NCBI GenBank assembly: GCA_964360785.1
Contig: CAYHXX010000003.1
Location: 22,911 to 86,910 of the forward strand
Length of the DNA stretch: 64,000 nt
From: an uncultured Gammaproteobacteria bacterium
GTDB taxonomy: Bacteria; Patescibacteriota; Microgenomatia; Woykebacterales; RBG-16-39-9b
Reading direction: 5' to 3'
Positions 1 to 12,000 of the stretch are shown piece by piece; position 1 is the first letter of the stretch; every line of letters begins with the position of its first letter. A program made the translations under genes and the position numbers. The notes beneath the pieces are model-generated. The model searched no databases and was not told the origin of the DNA. It saw only the letters and a program-made list of their open reading frames with translations.

Positions 1-3000
1 GGAAGAGATCGGGAGAGCTACCACCGGTTTCATCAAGCCAAATCCCGCGATTTGCAGTTCCCCAGGAATCAGCGATTCCTGGACCAAGAGTTACTGGACC
101 ATTGGTATCTGCAAAAGTTTGCCAGGTGTTGGTAGAAACACAGCCCTTGAAGACAGGCCCGGTACTGTTGAAGTAAATTTCACCGGCAGTACATGTTGGG
201 TCGGCGCCGGTTGCGGCCGCAATTTTGACTCTTCCATAAGTACCGCTATCAACTATTGAGACTAAGGTGTTCGTCCCATCACGGAAAGCCAAAGTACCTC
301 CATCTGCCATATCAATTTTTGGAGTAGTACTGGCAAAGTTAATTTCTCGATCCCAACCAGTCCCGATGTTGATGGCAGTCTCTCCTGTTCCTCCACTGGT
401 CACGTTGGCGATATTTAGTCCAAAGCGGTTGCCAGCAGACCATGTGTAGTTGGTGTTGAGATCGATACTCAAACCAGTTAGATCGTTGGTTATATTTCTG
501 GATACACCACTGCCGATTGATACAGTCGTACCTGTGGTGAGTGAAGAGGCAAGACCTAGAGTTCCAGCACTGTTGATCGAGTTATCCCAACCGGTTCCGA
601 TATTGATTCCTGTTTCTGTCCCAGCTCCGGGTGTAGTGATATTGCCAATTTGGATGGCGTTGACTGTTCCAGCGGAAGGTCCAGTACCAATATTATCTAG
701 GAAAAAACCGTTTATAGTTCCAGCTCCAGGACTAACAATTGCAACGTCGGGAATGCTTGCATAATAGGCGTATTTTCGACCAACTCCGGTGCCAGTAACG
801 GTACCAGTGCTGACAGATACACCTTTCCTAATATCGTTGGTTACAGAAGAATCATCAGCAATAGTTATATTTATTCCAGTTGCAGCGTCCGCTGTTGCAA
901 TATTGATTCCTGTATCCCAGCCCGAACCGATGTTGATGGCGGTTTCGTTTCCTGTTCCTGGGGTTCCAATGCTTCCTATTTTAATAGCGTTTACATTGCC
1001 ACCACCTGGCCCAGTAGTTATATCAGCAAACCTAAAACCATTAACGGACGCTGAACCTAAAGCTGCACTATCTGGAACAGTGGCCAAATAAGCATCAACA
1101 TTAGACCCAGCCGAAGCAGCTGTTCCGGTCGTGACCGAGATACCTCTGTTTTCCGTTTGTCCGATTGCAACGTTTGCTAGAGAAATTGTTATACCGGTTG
1201 ATCCAATTGGTACGGAACTTATACTTACTCCGGTGTCCCACCCAGTCCCGATGTTGATGGCGGTTTCGGTGGCGTCTGGATCGGCGGCACTGATGGCTAG
1301 GTCCAGACCATTGATAGTCCCACCGGTGTGGTTATTGGAATTGGTGTAATTGAGGTAAATGCCCTGGAAGGTTTGAGCGGCTGCCAAAAGGGGAATAGTT
1401 CCGGACAAGGAGACTTGGGTTTGCGATCCGCTAGTAGCCAACCCGCCATCGATATCAATATTGTTGCCAATGATGTTGTGAGAGCCAAGGGCAATTGCAG
1501 CACTGTCAAAAGCACTTGCTTGGGTAAAATCAATACCAAAATCGAAAGTACCGGTTCCTGTGTCGGTAAAGAGAATACCTGAAGTGATCCCACCAGCTGT
1601 GTTGTCGGCTTGGTCAAGGTTGAGTAGAGCGTTGGTAAAGTTGGCACCAGCATCATTGGCATTGGTGATTCTTTGGGCGTAGTAAACTTCAGCAGCTTGG
1701 GCGACGTCATTGTTGGTAAAGGTCAGGTCAAAACCTACCTGGGTACCAGAGGCCGCCCCAGTGGCGGTGTAGGCGAGATTAATACCACTGTGACCAGCAG
1801 TTGCCGAGCTGGTGTCGATATCAAGTTCACCGGTAGTCCGAGTCGAGGTTAGATTGTTGATCTGTACTGCATCGCCAGAAGTGGCAGTACAAAGTGCCGT
1901 ACTGCTCACACAAGAGCCACCCCGACTCCAGTAACCAGAAGTTCCAGCAGCTGGACCACTGCCAGAGATAGTCCCATCCACCACCAGATTGGTGACACCA
2001 GCACCGGAATTGCCGATATTTAGTGTCGTGTCAGAACCGCTGGGCATATCGATGCGACCATCAGAATAAATAGTTGATGCAGCCCCAGCGACGATGCCTC
2101 CGAGGAAATACCCCTGGTAGTAGCGGTTGGCGGTGGTTGAGTAGTCAGTGCTGGTTGCACCGATATTTTGGGTGGTGTATTTAGTTACCGTTTTTGTATT
2201 TTCAAAAGTGATAGCAGGGGAGACAGTGTAAGAACCAGTCCCAGGGTCAACGGTAATTCGAGTGTAGTAATCTTGACCAGCAGTATTGTCAATGAGAACA
2301 ACATCATTTACGTTAAACGGATCGGTGGTGAGAGTAAGTGTAGTGGTGTCAGTTCCTGTACCAGTAGTTGTGCCAGTAGTTGCAGTGTTTGCGTTGACAG
2401 CTAGAAGGTTTCCGGAACCGTCAAGATTTACACCATTTCCACTAATTTGACTGTCCCAGCCAGTACCAATTTTAATGGCACTGGATGTGATTGTTGCCCC
2501 TGGATCGGTGAGGTTGCCGAACTTCAAACCGTTAACTGTGTCAGTACCAGCAGTGTTGGTCGGGGAGAAAGCATCCACCTCAATGACGTTGTAGGTCAGA
2601 AGATCAGCTCCACTTGGGCTAGTATAACTTGGGATAATATGTATGCCATCTCCAGAAGCATTGGAACTACCAAAAGTTAGGGCTATACCATCGATTCCAC
2701 TTAAAGTTGATGCTTGGCCAGAATTGCTAATGGCAAGCATATCGACATTAGAGGGGTTTTGAGCGGTAAGAGCAACATTTCTGTTAGAAGCTAAGATGAA
2801 CTCGCTGTCAGCGCGAACCTCTAAACCTCCAGTCGCCCAGATATCGATAGTGGTACTTGTGGTGTTGCCAATCGTGATTTGTCCGGCGCCACCCCCACCG
2901 GCGTTACCGATGGCAATTTCGTTACCACCAGTTGTATTTCCAACTAAAACTACACCGGCAGTGGTTGTCCCAACCCTCAGAGTACCGCCCCCCACATTAC

Positions 3001-6000
3001 TGTCGATTCCAAGACCACTCTGAACTGTGATGTTACCAGTAGCAGCGACATCAAAATTATCGAAATCAATTGTTGCCGTAGTTCCGAGGATTTTATTTGC
3101 CCCCAAGCTAATACCGTTGTCCCAACCAGCTCCGATGTTGATGGCGGTTTCGGTCCCAGATGTTCCAGAAAGCGACAAGTTGATCCCGTTAACAATGTCA
3201 GTAGCATCTGACCCACCAGAGGTGACGGCGATGTTCAAAGCATTGTTGGTTCGATCAACAGTTCCACTGGTTACAAAATCAACTGAGATACCATCAATTC
3301 CGTCATTGGTAACTCCACTACCGGCGAAAGTATTAGCAACGTTGAACAAATCTTCTCCTGGTGCTACAGCAGCGGTTGTGCCAATTTGAATCCCAGTGTC
3401 GGAATCAACTACAAAGTAAACATTCCCGCTACCGTTAGGGGAGATAGTAAGATTTTCATTGGTCCCAGTAGTGATATCGGTGGTAACACCGGAGAAATTG
3501 ACACCGACTGTCCCACCAATGACTATCCCAGTATCCCAACCACTGCCTATGTTGATGGCGGTCGAGCCAGTTCCCGTATCGGTAATGTTACTTACGTCGA
3601 TAGCAGTTATTGAGCCTCCATTATAAGTTCCCGAAGTGGCGGTTAATTTAAGACCGCTGACGTTACCAGCACCAACACCACTAAAGATACCCTCAAATCC
3701 AGTCTGTCCATTGCTGGTCGGAGTACCAATGTTTGCCCTGACCGCAGTGGTATTTGCTACAGTTGAATTGGCTATAGTCGTATTGATTCCCAGAGTACCA
3801 CCACTAATTGATGGAATCGAAAGACCAGTGTCCCAGCCAGATTCAATATTTAGGGCGTTTTCTGTTTGTTGAGCGTCACCAGTTATCGAGTCGATATTAA
3901 TCCCATTCAGAGTGTTGGTTCCGGCCGTTGGGTTACCGTTGGTTGGATCGATGAAGAGAAAGTTAATTATGTTTGTTCCAGAACTGTGTGCTGGAGTTGT
4001 TCCTTGGATTGTGGCCAAACTAACTGTTCCGGAATCTGCAGTTGGATTGAAGTTGATAATCGACTTACTATCGGTTCTCAAAGTATTTACGGCTGAATTG
4101 TAAAGGCCTACTGTTTTAGACAAATCAAAATAGAGTTGACTACCAGAGTCTGTAAAAACAACAGTGTCACCGGTGCCGTTTGGTAGGACGATAAAGTCCC
4201 GATTGGAGGTTGTGGTGATATCGGCGGTGGCAGTCCCACCAAAGCGAATACTACTAGTGAGAGTCCCGGCAATATCAATCCCGTAGTTTGCATCTGCCCC
4301 GGAAACATTCACCCCAAGGCCAACATTGGTCAGAGTGTTTGTTCCAGCACTTTCTGTTGAAGTATTAGAAAGATAGCCAGCGTAGTTGGTTAGGGGAGCG
4401 CTAGTGGTATTAAAACTGCCGGCCGAGCTGACACTCAGGTTTTTAACCAGATCGGTAGTTACCCCGGTTGCCAGCTGCTCAACCTTCAAATTAAACGCCG
4501 AAGTGCTCGGAGTGGCAACTGGGTTTTGGATGACAATTGAGCCATCAGTTGCTGTCAACAAAATATCAGCTGAAGCATCATTGTCATCGTTGTTGTAAAC
4601 ATCTTGCAGAGTAAGGCCGGCACCGGAATTGTCGGTAAAACTTGACCACACGTTTGTCGTGACACAACCTTTGTATTGGTTATCGGTATCGTTAAAGTAA
4701 ACATCCCCAACGGTACAAGTTGCCGGATCGCCAGTACCACCTTTGTCGGTTAACCGGATTGTTCCGTAAGTTCCAGAGTCAACGATTGAGAAAAGGGTGT
4801 TTGGTGTCCCGTTGTCCTGGAAAGTCAAAGTACCAGCCATTTCAATAGTAGGACTAGTTCCGCCAAAAGCCAGCTCAATGTTCTTGGTCGCCCCGGCAGT
4901 CTGATCTTGAATATAAATCCCGTAATTGTTGGTAACCGTACTACCAACACCAGAATTTTCGGTGGAGAGGACATCGAGACCAAAAGCACTGGTAATAGTA
5001 CCACCGCCGGTGTTTCTGACCAGGCTGCGGATGCCATGGGCCTCATTCACTGTACCAGTGGTGGCGTGGAGAACTTCCCCGCGCAGAGCCAAGAGATTTA
5101 CGTTAAATCCGCCACTACCAATGTTGGCTCCAGAAGTTTGGGCTAATGCCTGTAGTCCGCGGCCAGTGATAGCACCAGTTTGGACCCCAGAAGGACCGAT
5201 GGTGGTTGCGGAGTATATACCTTCATAGGTTGCCGTACCTATCCCACTAAAGGTTTCTCCAACCGCGACAATTTGATCAGTGCTAACACTAGCATTGCCA
5301 CCAAAAGCTCCGTGCCCAGCAATATCAACGTAGCCGGTATTTTCGATAGTCAAGTACGCAGTTGTACCGTTACCTTGGAAAGTGAATAAATTACCGCTAC
5401 CATTATTGTCGCTATCAGCTTCAAAAATAATATTGTCAAAAGCGTTTACTATTTTCCTGTCGCTAGCAGCAGTAAGTCGGAGGTTTCCATCAACTTGGAA
5501 TTCACCCCCACTAGGAAAATCTACAGAGATAACGGTTCCTGACGGAGCAATGGTCAAATTGCCGGAAGAGCTGACATCAAAGTCAGTGTAATTTGCAGCG
5601 GACCCATCGGCGTCGTTGTAGGTGAGTCTCAAGGCTGCCCCAGTGGCAGAGTTGATATCGAGCCTCTTTCCTGGACCCGCTGTTCCAATACCGACTAGAC
5701 CAGTACTATTAGGTGAGAAATAGGTGTTGGCAGCGATGTCTTGGATATAAAGCTCAACCCCACTGGTTTCAATATCGAAAGCAGTACTTAGGTCATTGCG
5801 GATGAGGAGGTAACTAGTAGCTCCTGGATCATCGACTCGGAATCTCGCGGTTGTAACCTGAACAGTTCCGTCGGTAGCATTATCAATCGTCTCGCCGTTG
5901 TCGAGACTAATATCAGCTCCAGTACCAGAGTTGAGAATGTTCAAAACTGCTCCAGAAGCATTGGCATCTTGCTGGTTGAGCTCGAGGATATTAGCGGTGC

Positions 6001-9000
6001 TGCCAGTGTAGGTACAAGTCCCGGTACAATTGCTGCTCAAATTGAGGACATCCCCGGTAACAGTGACGCCGCCGCTAGTGTTGGTAAAGACGTTGGCGAT
6101 TTTGGCAGTTGCACCGGAAGTGGTGAAACCTAAGCCGCCACTATTAATGTTGGTTCGGGTGATGTTGAGGTAGTTGGCAGTATCATCGATCGCCGCCGCA
6201 CCACCACTGAGAGTTCTGGTTGGTGAAATTTCAACAATATTGCCGGTCATAGCAGTGAGGGTACCGTTGACAGAGCCGTTGATATAAATTGCGTGGCCAG
6301 TCGACAAGCTACTAGGTGAAATTTTTAGTCCCGTACCGCTGGTCAGAGAAGTTAATGACGCTCCACCACTGATGTCGATCGCCGTACCAGTAAGGTTCGT
6401 GGCAGTAAAATTGAGACCAACTTTGCCAGTGGCAATTTGGCTGGAAAATTCGACTCTATTGTCCCAACCCCCAGCGACGTTGATAGCACTTTCTTTGCCG
6501 GACCCAGGAGTGGAGAGAGTGCCAATATTAATTCCGTAAAGATTGTCGCTGATACCCCCAGTCCCTGAAGTGACGTCAATTTTCAAGGCGGCGTTGGTGG
6601 TGTCGGCTACATTGGCTGTTGTTGTAAAGTTCAGCGATGCAAGGTTTACTGTGTCGACACTGGTCCCAAAACCACCGGCATTGGTGACTTGGAAAAGATC
6701 AACACTTTGGTCGGCAATAGAAGTGTTTAACTTAAGAGCGTAGTCATCTACTTCTGTTGCGGTGAAATCAATTTTGTAATCAGTACAACAAGTATCCTTA
6801 ACGATTGTTTTCGCTGCGCCAGCGCCTTGTGCTATAAATGGTGAAGCAGTACTTCCACCTGGACACGTCTCCCAACTAGGAGCAGCCGCCCCGTTGGCCT
6901 TCAGACAACGTCCCAAGGCACCAGAGGCAAGATTGTCATAAGTAGTCGTGCCAGTGGAATAAACGATTTCACCCGCTCCAGCAGCAGTGACATCGCCGCC
7001 CAGGCCACCGCGGGAAGTTGCTAAATATTGTTCCGAGTTCAAGGTACCTGTTCCGCCGGAGGTGAAAACAACACCGTTGGTGGAAAGTCCAGAGAAGGCG
7101 ATTGTCCCTGAAGAACTTACCCCAGTGGCTCCGGTTATGGCTCCAGCCCCAGTTATGTCAATTGAGCCAGAATTAAGAATATTGCCCAGTGTTCCAGTTA
7201 TCGTTATCCCATCAGTAATCGTCCCGGCAGTTTCGGCAAGCTCAATTGCACTTGTTAAGGTCCCCGCTCCTGATTGCTCAATATAAAGTCCGCGGGGCGT
7301 GGTCTCTGCGGCGTTGGCATTGTTTAGTCGGAGAAGGGCGTCAATGACGCCAACATTGGCACCATTGTCAGCATTGGTAAGGTTAAATCCATAAATTGTC
7401 CCGGTTGAAGCAGCCGCGTTGTCAGTTACTGTGATAGACACAGGGTTGACGGAAACATCGGCTCCGACGGTTGAATTGACTTGAATATTTGAATCATCAT
7501 CACCGTTGAAGATCGTGTCGCCGGTCCCACTTGGGCTAAATGTGTGAGTTCCAGTCCAAGTTGGGGAGTAAGTTAGGTCAAGAGACACAGTGTTGGTACT
7601 TCTACTGACGCCGTTCGTGAAGGTGAGTGGGTTTTCGTAATCGACTCCAGCGGTGGCTAGCCCAAGCAAACCAGTAGTTGCTTTAACTAAGCCCGATCCA
7701 AGTCCAGTTAAAGTTAATGTTTTCCCGGAAGCAACTGCAGTGTCACCATTCAAGCTGACTGCCCCAGTTCCAGTTCCAAAAGTATTTGCTCCAGTTTGCG
7801 AGAAAGTGTTGTCCAAAGTGGTAGCACCATGCAAAGTTAATGCCCCGGGAGTGGTAACTGAACCAATGGTGTTTATCGACGAAGAGCCACTACCGAAGCT
7901 ATTGGTAGTCCCAGCTCCAGTTGCTAGAGTGGTGTTTCCGGATGAAGTTAAGGTGGTGAAGGCACCTGATCCAGGAGTTGTTGATCCAATAGACCCCGGA
8001 GCCGCAAAGGTCGCCCCACCTAGAGTAGTTGCATTACAGGCTACAGTACTTATACAAATATCACCACTAGCAACATTGGGTAAGTTGAAAGTCTTGCTGG
8101 AAACAGTTGGATCTGAAGCAGTGATCAAAATTTCAATCAGATCGTTGGTTGCGCCTTCAAATTCAATCCCAGCATCCCAGCCAGTACCGATGCGGATCGC
8201 CCGTTCATTAACAGTTGCATCAGGGGTGGTGACATTGGACAAGTTCAAACCGTAAATGAAGTCAGCAACACCAGTAGCCGCTGAAGTAACGTCGACATTA
8301 ATTCCAATGACAGAATCAATATCGCCATCAGCTCCCAAGGTCAGGTTGACATCTTGAATGACTGCGGTGTTGGTAAGAGTTGAAGTCCAGGAGTGGAGAC
8401 CAGTCCAGGTGAAATCGTAGGCTTGGTTGACCGCGACTGAGTCCGCAGCGACGGAGATACCGTTGCCTGCACCGACATCCAAAGTATCCGGACTAGCGGC
8501 AGTCAAAACCAGTCCGTTACCAGCAATGCTGCTGGCAATATCATCACCGGTGATAGTGGCGTCGGTGATCTCACCGGTTGAGATACAGGAAGCAGAGTTA
8601 CAAGTGATGTTGGCAAAAGTTGCGACTCCAGCTCCTGTAACGCTCCATTGGGCATCGTTAAGAGCGAGATCTCCAGTCGAAGAGTTTCCTATTGTGATCG
8701 TTCCAGCATTGGTACCAGTACCAATATTTGTCGCGGTTGAACCAGATGCATTGATACTGGTTGTTCCAGTAACAGTAAGACCACCAGTTCCTTGAAGCAA
8801 ACCAGCTCCAGAGTTTACCCCAACAAAACTAGCTGCCCCAGAAGAACCAGTGATGGACCAGTTGGTCCCAGACAGGTCGTTGGCCCCAGCCGCAATAGCA
8901 GTATTAATGTTGGCATCTGACAGATCAATGGCTGTTGTAATAACAGCTGTGCCGGCTGCTTGAGAAATTTTTAAGCCAATTGGCAAATCACGGTTGGTGT

Positions 9001-12000
9001 CAGCATTATTAATTAAAAGTAGCTGAGCCGGATCAGCTGCACCTGCACCGTCGGCGCGAGCGAGAGTAGTGAAGTTTGTTCCACCAGTAGGAGTGGTAAC
9101 TGTGAAATCAGCTGAGGTTAAGGTAATAGCCAGATTACCTTCACCGGTAGTAACATCAATAGTTGGGCCAATTACGTAGGTTGCCTGGAGACTTTCTCCA
9201 CCGCCGGTGGTGTCGTTGTCAGCCGAACAAGTCCAGTTGCCGGTAGCTTTCTTTAAAATTTGGGTGTCCGAACAATTGAGAAGGCGGAGACCGTTGCCGC
9301 CACCAGCTGGATCAAGAGTTAGTCCTGAGAAATTTGCCGTACTATCAGAACCAGCCGTAGCCAAGAGTATTCCAAGAGAAGCCCCTTCGGTTCCAGTCAT
9401 CGTTAGCCCACCGTTGGCGGTAGCTGAGGAAACGTAGTTACCGGTGGTATCGGTAGTTAAGGTGACACTGTCAGCCGCAATAGTTAGTGCTGTTGTTCCA
9501 CCAGAACCCAAAGTGGCGGTCACATCGGAGCTGAAAGTGTGACCAGAAAGAATAATAGTTCCGGAAGCATTTGGAATTGTGATGGTGTTGTCTGTTCCGG
9601 CTGGCTCGGTGACCGCGATGAATGTCTCAATCAAATCATCAGTAGCACCTTCGAAAATCAAACCAGACTGGCCAAACTTTGCTCCATTTATCCCAAGAGC
9701 TGGATCTCCGGAAAGAGCAGTACTGACCTCGAATGCTAAGGTGACGTTACCAGAGGCTCCTCCGCCGGTAAGACCCAGACCAGCGGTGACATCAGTAATT
9801 ACTCCAGAAACCTCAGACTCAGTGACACCGCCATCCAAGACATTTAGCTCAGCCGAGCTGATAGAAACACTATTAGAAAGAATGTCATTTGCTCCAATAT
9901 TAATGGCGTTAACAATACCGGCAGCAGATGCATCAATCGCGTCGGTAATGGTACCAACGCTTGTTGTGAAAAGAATCCCATCCGTGTAAGCGAGGGCTAC
10001 ATTGGCGTCGATGGTTGTGTTATTGCCGGCGTTATCGCCGAGATTGATTGTTAGATTCCCCTCAGTATTGATCAGGCTAATAGTGTTACCGGCAACATAC
10101 TCAGACTGTAAACTACTAGTTCCAACATCATCAGAACCACAAGTCAAAACATTGGCGACTGTTTCCAGGGAAGTACAAGTGGTGAAACCAGCTGCGGGAA
10201 GGATGACCGAGGTGTCAGCATCGGTCAGAAACCGAATATTGCCAGTTCCAGCAGCCGAAATAGTTAAATTGGCGGTACCAGAAGAGATAATATCGCTGGT
10301 GGCACCACCGGCGAGAGTCAGAATTCCGTCCAAAGTGAGATCGCCATCACTGTCGATTGAGGCCTTTTCGTTGTCGGCTCCACCAACTCCAGACTCTATT
10401 ATTAATAACTTTTTATCCAAAGCATCGGCTTCGGTATCAATCTTGAAAGCAGCAATACGGTCGTTTGTTGTATCGTCGGAAGAATTTTGTAAGGTTAGGG
10501 TAGAGTCTGTTGTTGCACCTGAGAAATCAATAGTTAGGGAACCGCTGGCAACGATATTGTTGGCCCCGAGATTAATAGCATTGACGATGGCAGCATCAGA
10601 AATGTCTATGGCTGTGCCGATAGTAGCGCCGGTACCAGAGGTTGTAAAGAGAAGAGCAGTGGCAACATCGCCAGTAGTATTATTATCTACTACAACATTA
10701 TTATCGTTAGTAGCATCAGTTAAGTTAAAAAGTAAGTTACCATAAGTATTGGTAATATCAATGTTGTTTCCAAGCTGATAGGTATCATTTAGGTTTTGAC
10801 CGCTACCACCACCGCCACCACCTGCATCGGTTGAACAAGTCCAATTACCGGTAACTTTTTTCAAGATCTGGCCATTGGAACAAGCAAGTAAAGATAAACC
10901 ACCAGTAGTTCCATTGGTAAATTTTTCTAAACCAGAAAAGCTTGCACCAGCAGTAGTACCAGCTGTCGCTAGCCGGAAAGTTACGTTAGCAGTGTTGCCA
11001 ACTGGTTCTGTAACGTCAAAAACATCATCATTAAAATCTAGTATTGATAATGATCCGACCGTAGGAGTAGTTCTTAAACTAACTGAAGCAGCCCCGGCAC
11101 CGGTGTTGTCTGTACCACAATCCCATTCAAAATTGGTATTGTCCCACTCCAAAATTCCTCCTGCAGCACAACCTCGATAAAGCGACAGCCCGTCAGATGT
11201 TAAAGAGAGACCAGAGACAGATCCAGCACCTGTTGTCCCATCGACTGCATTTGTTTGAATCAAAATTCCAAGAGAAGCCCCTTCTGTACCAGTAAGAGTT
11301 AAACCACCGTTCGTTGTTGCACTGGAAACATAGTTGCCGATTGTGTCAGTTCCAAGTGCAACAGCATCAGCGGCAATTGTAAAGATTGTACTGCCGTCCG
11401 AGTCAAGAGAGATTGTTGAGTCCCCAGTAAATGAATGACCAGAGAGAATAATTGTGCCAGAGGCATCAGGAAAGGTGATAGTTTTGTCTGTGGTTGTTGG
11501 GTTTGTTATAGAAATATACGTTTCGATCAAGTCGCCAACAGCAGAACCTTCAAAGATTAGACCGGACTGGCCAAATTTTGCCTCATTAGCGCTGAGTGCA
11601 TGGTCTCCAGATAGAGCAGCACTCACATCAAAGCTCAAGGTTACAGCGCCGGCCAGGCCACCACCAGTTAACCCGAGCCCAGCGGCGACTGATTCAATCT
11701 CACCAGTAACTTCAGACTCATCGATACCTCCATCCAAAACGTTTAACTCAGCTGAGCTTATTGACACGCTATTGGAAAGAATATCGTTGGCACCGATATT
11801 AATGGCGTTAACAATCCCGGCAGCAGATACATCAATCGCGTCAGTGATGGTACCAACAGTTGTAGTAAAAAGAATCCCATCAGTGTAGGCGAGGGCTACG
11901 TTGGCGTCGATAGTTGTGTTGTTTCCAATTGCATCTCCTAAATTAACTTTAAAGTTGCCGGTAGCTGTGAGTAGGGAAATAGTTGGACCGCCGGTATAGG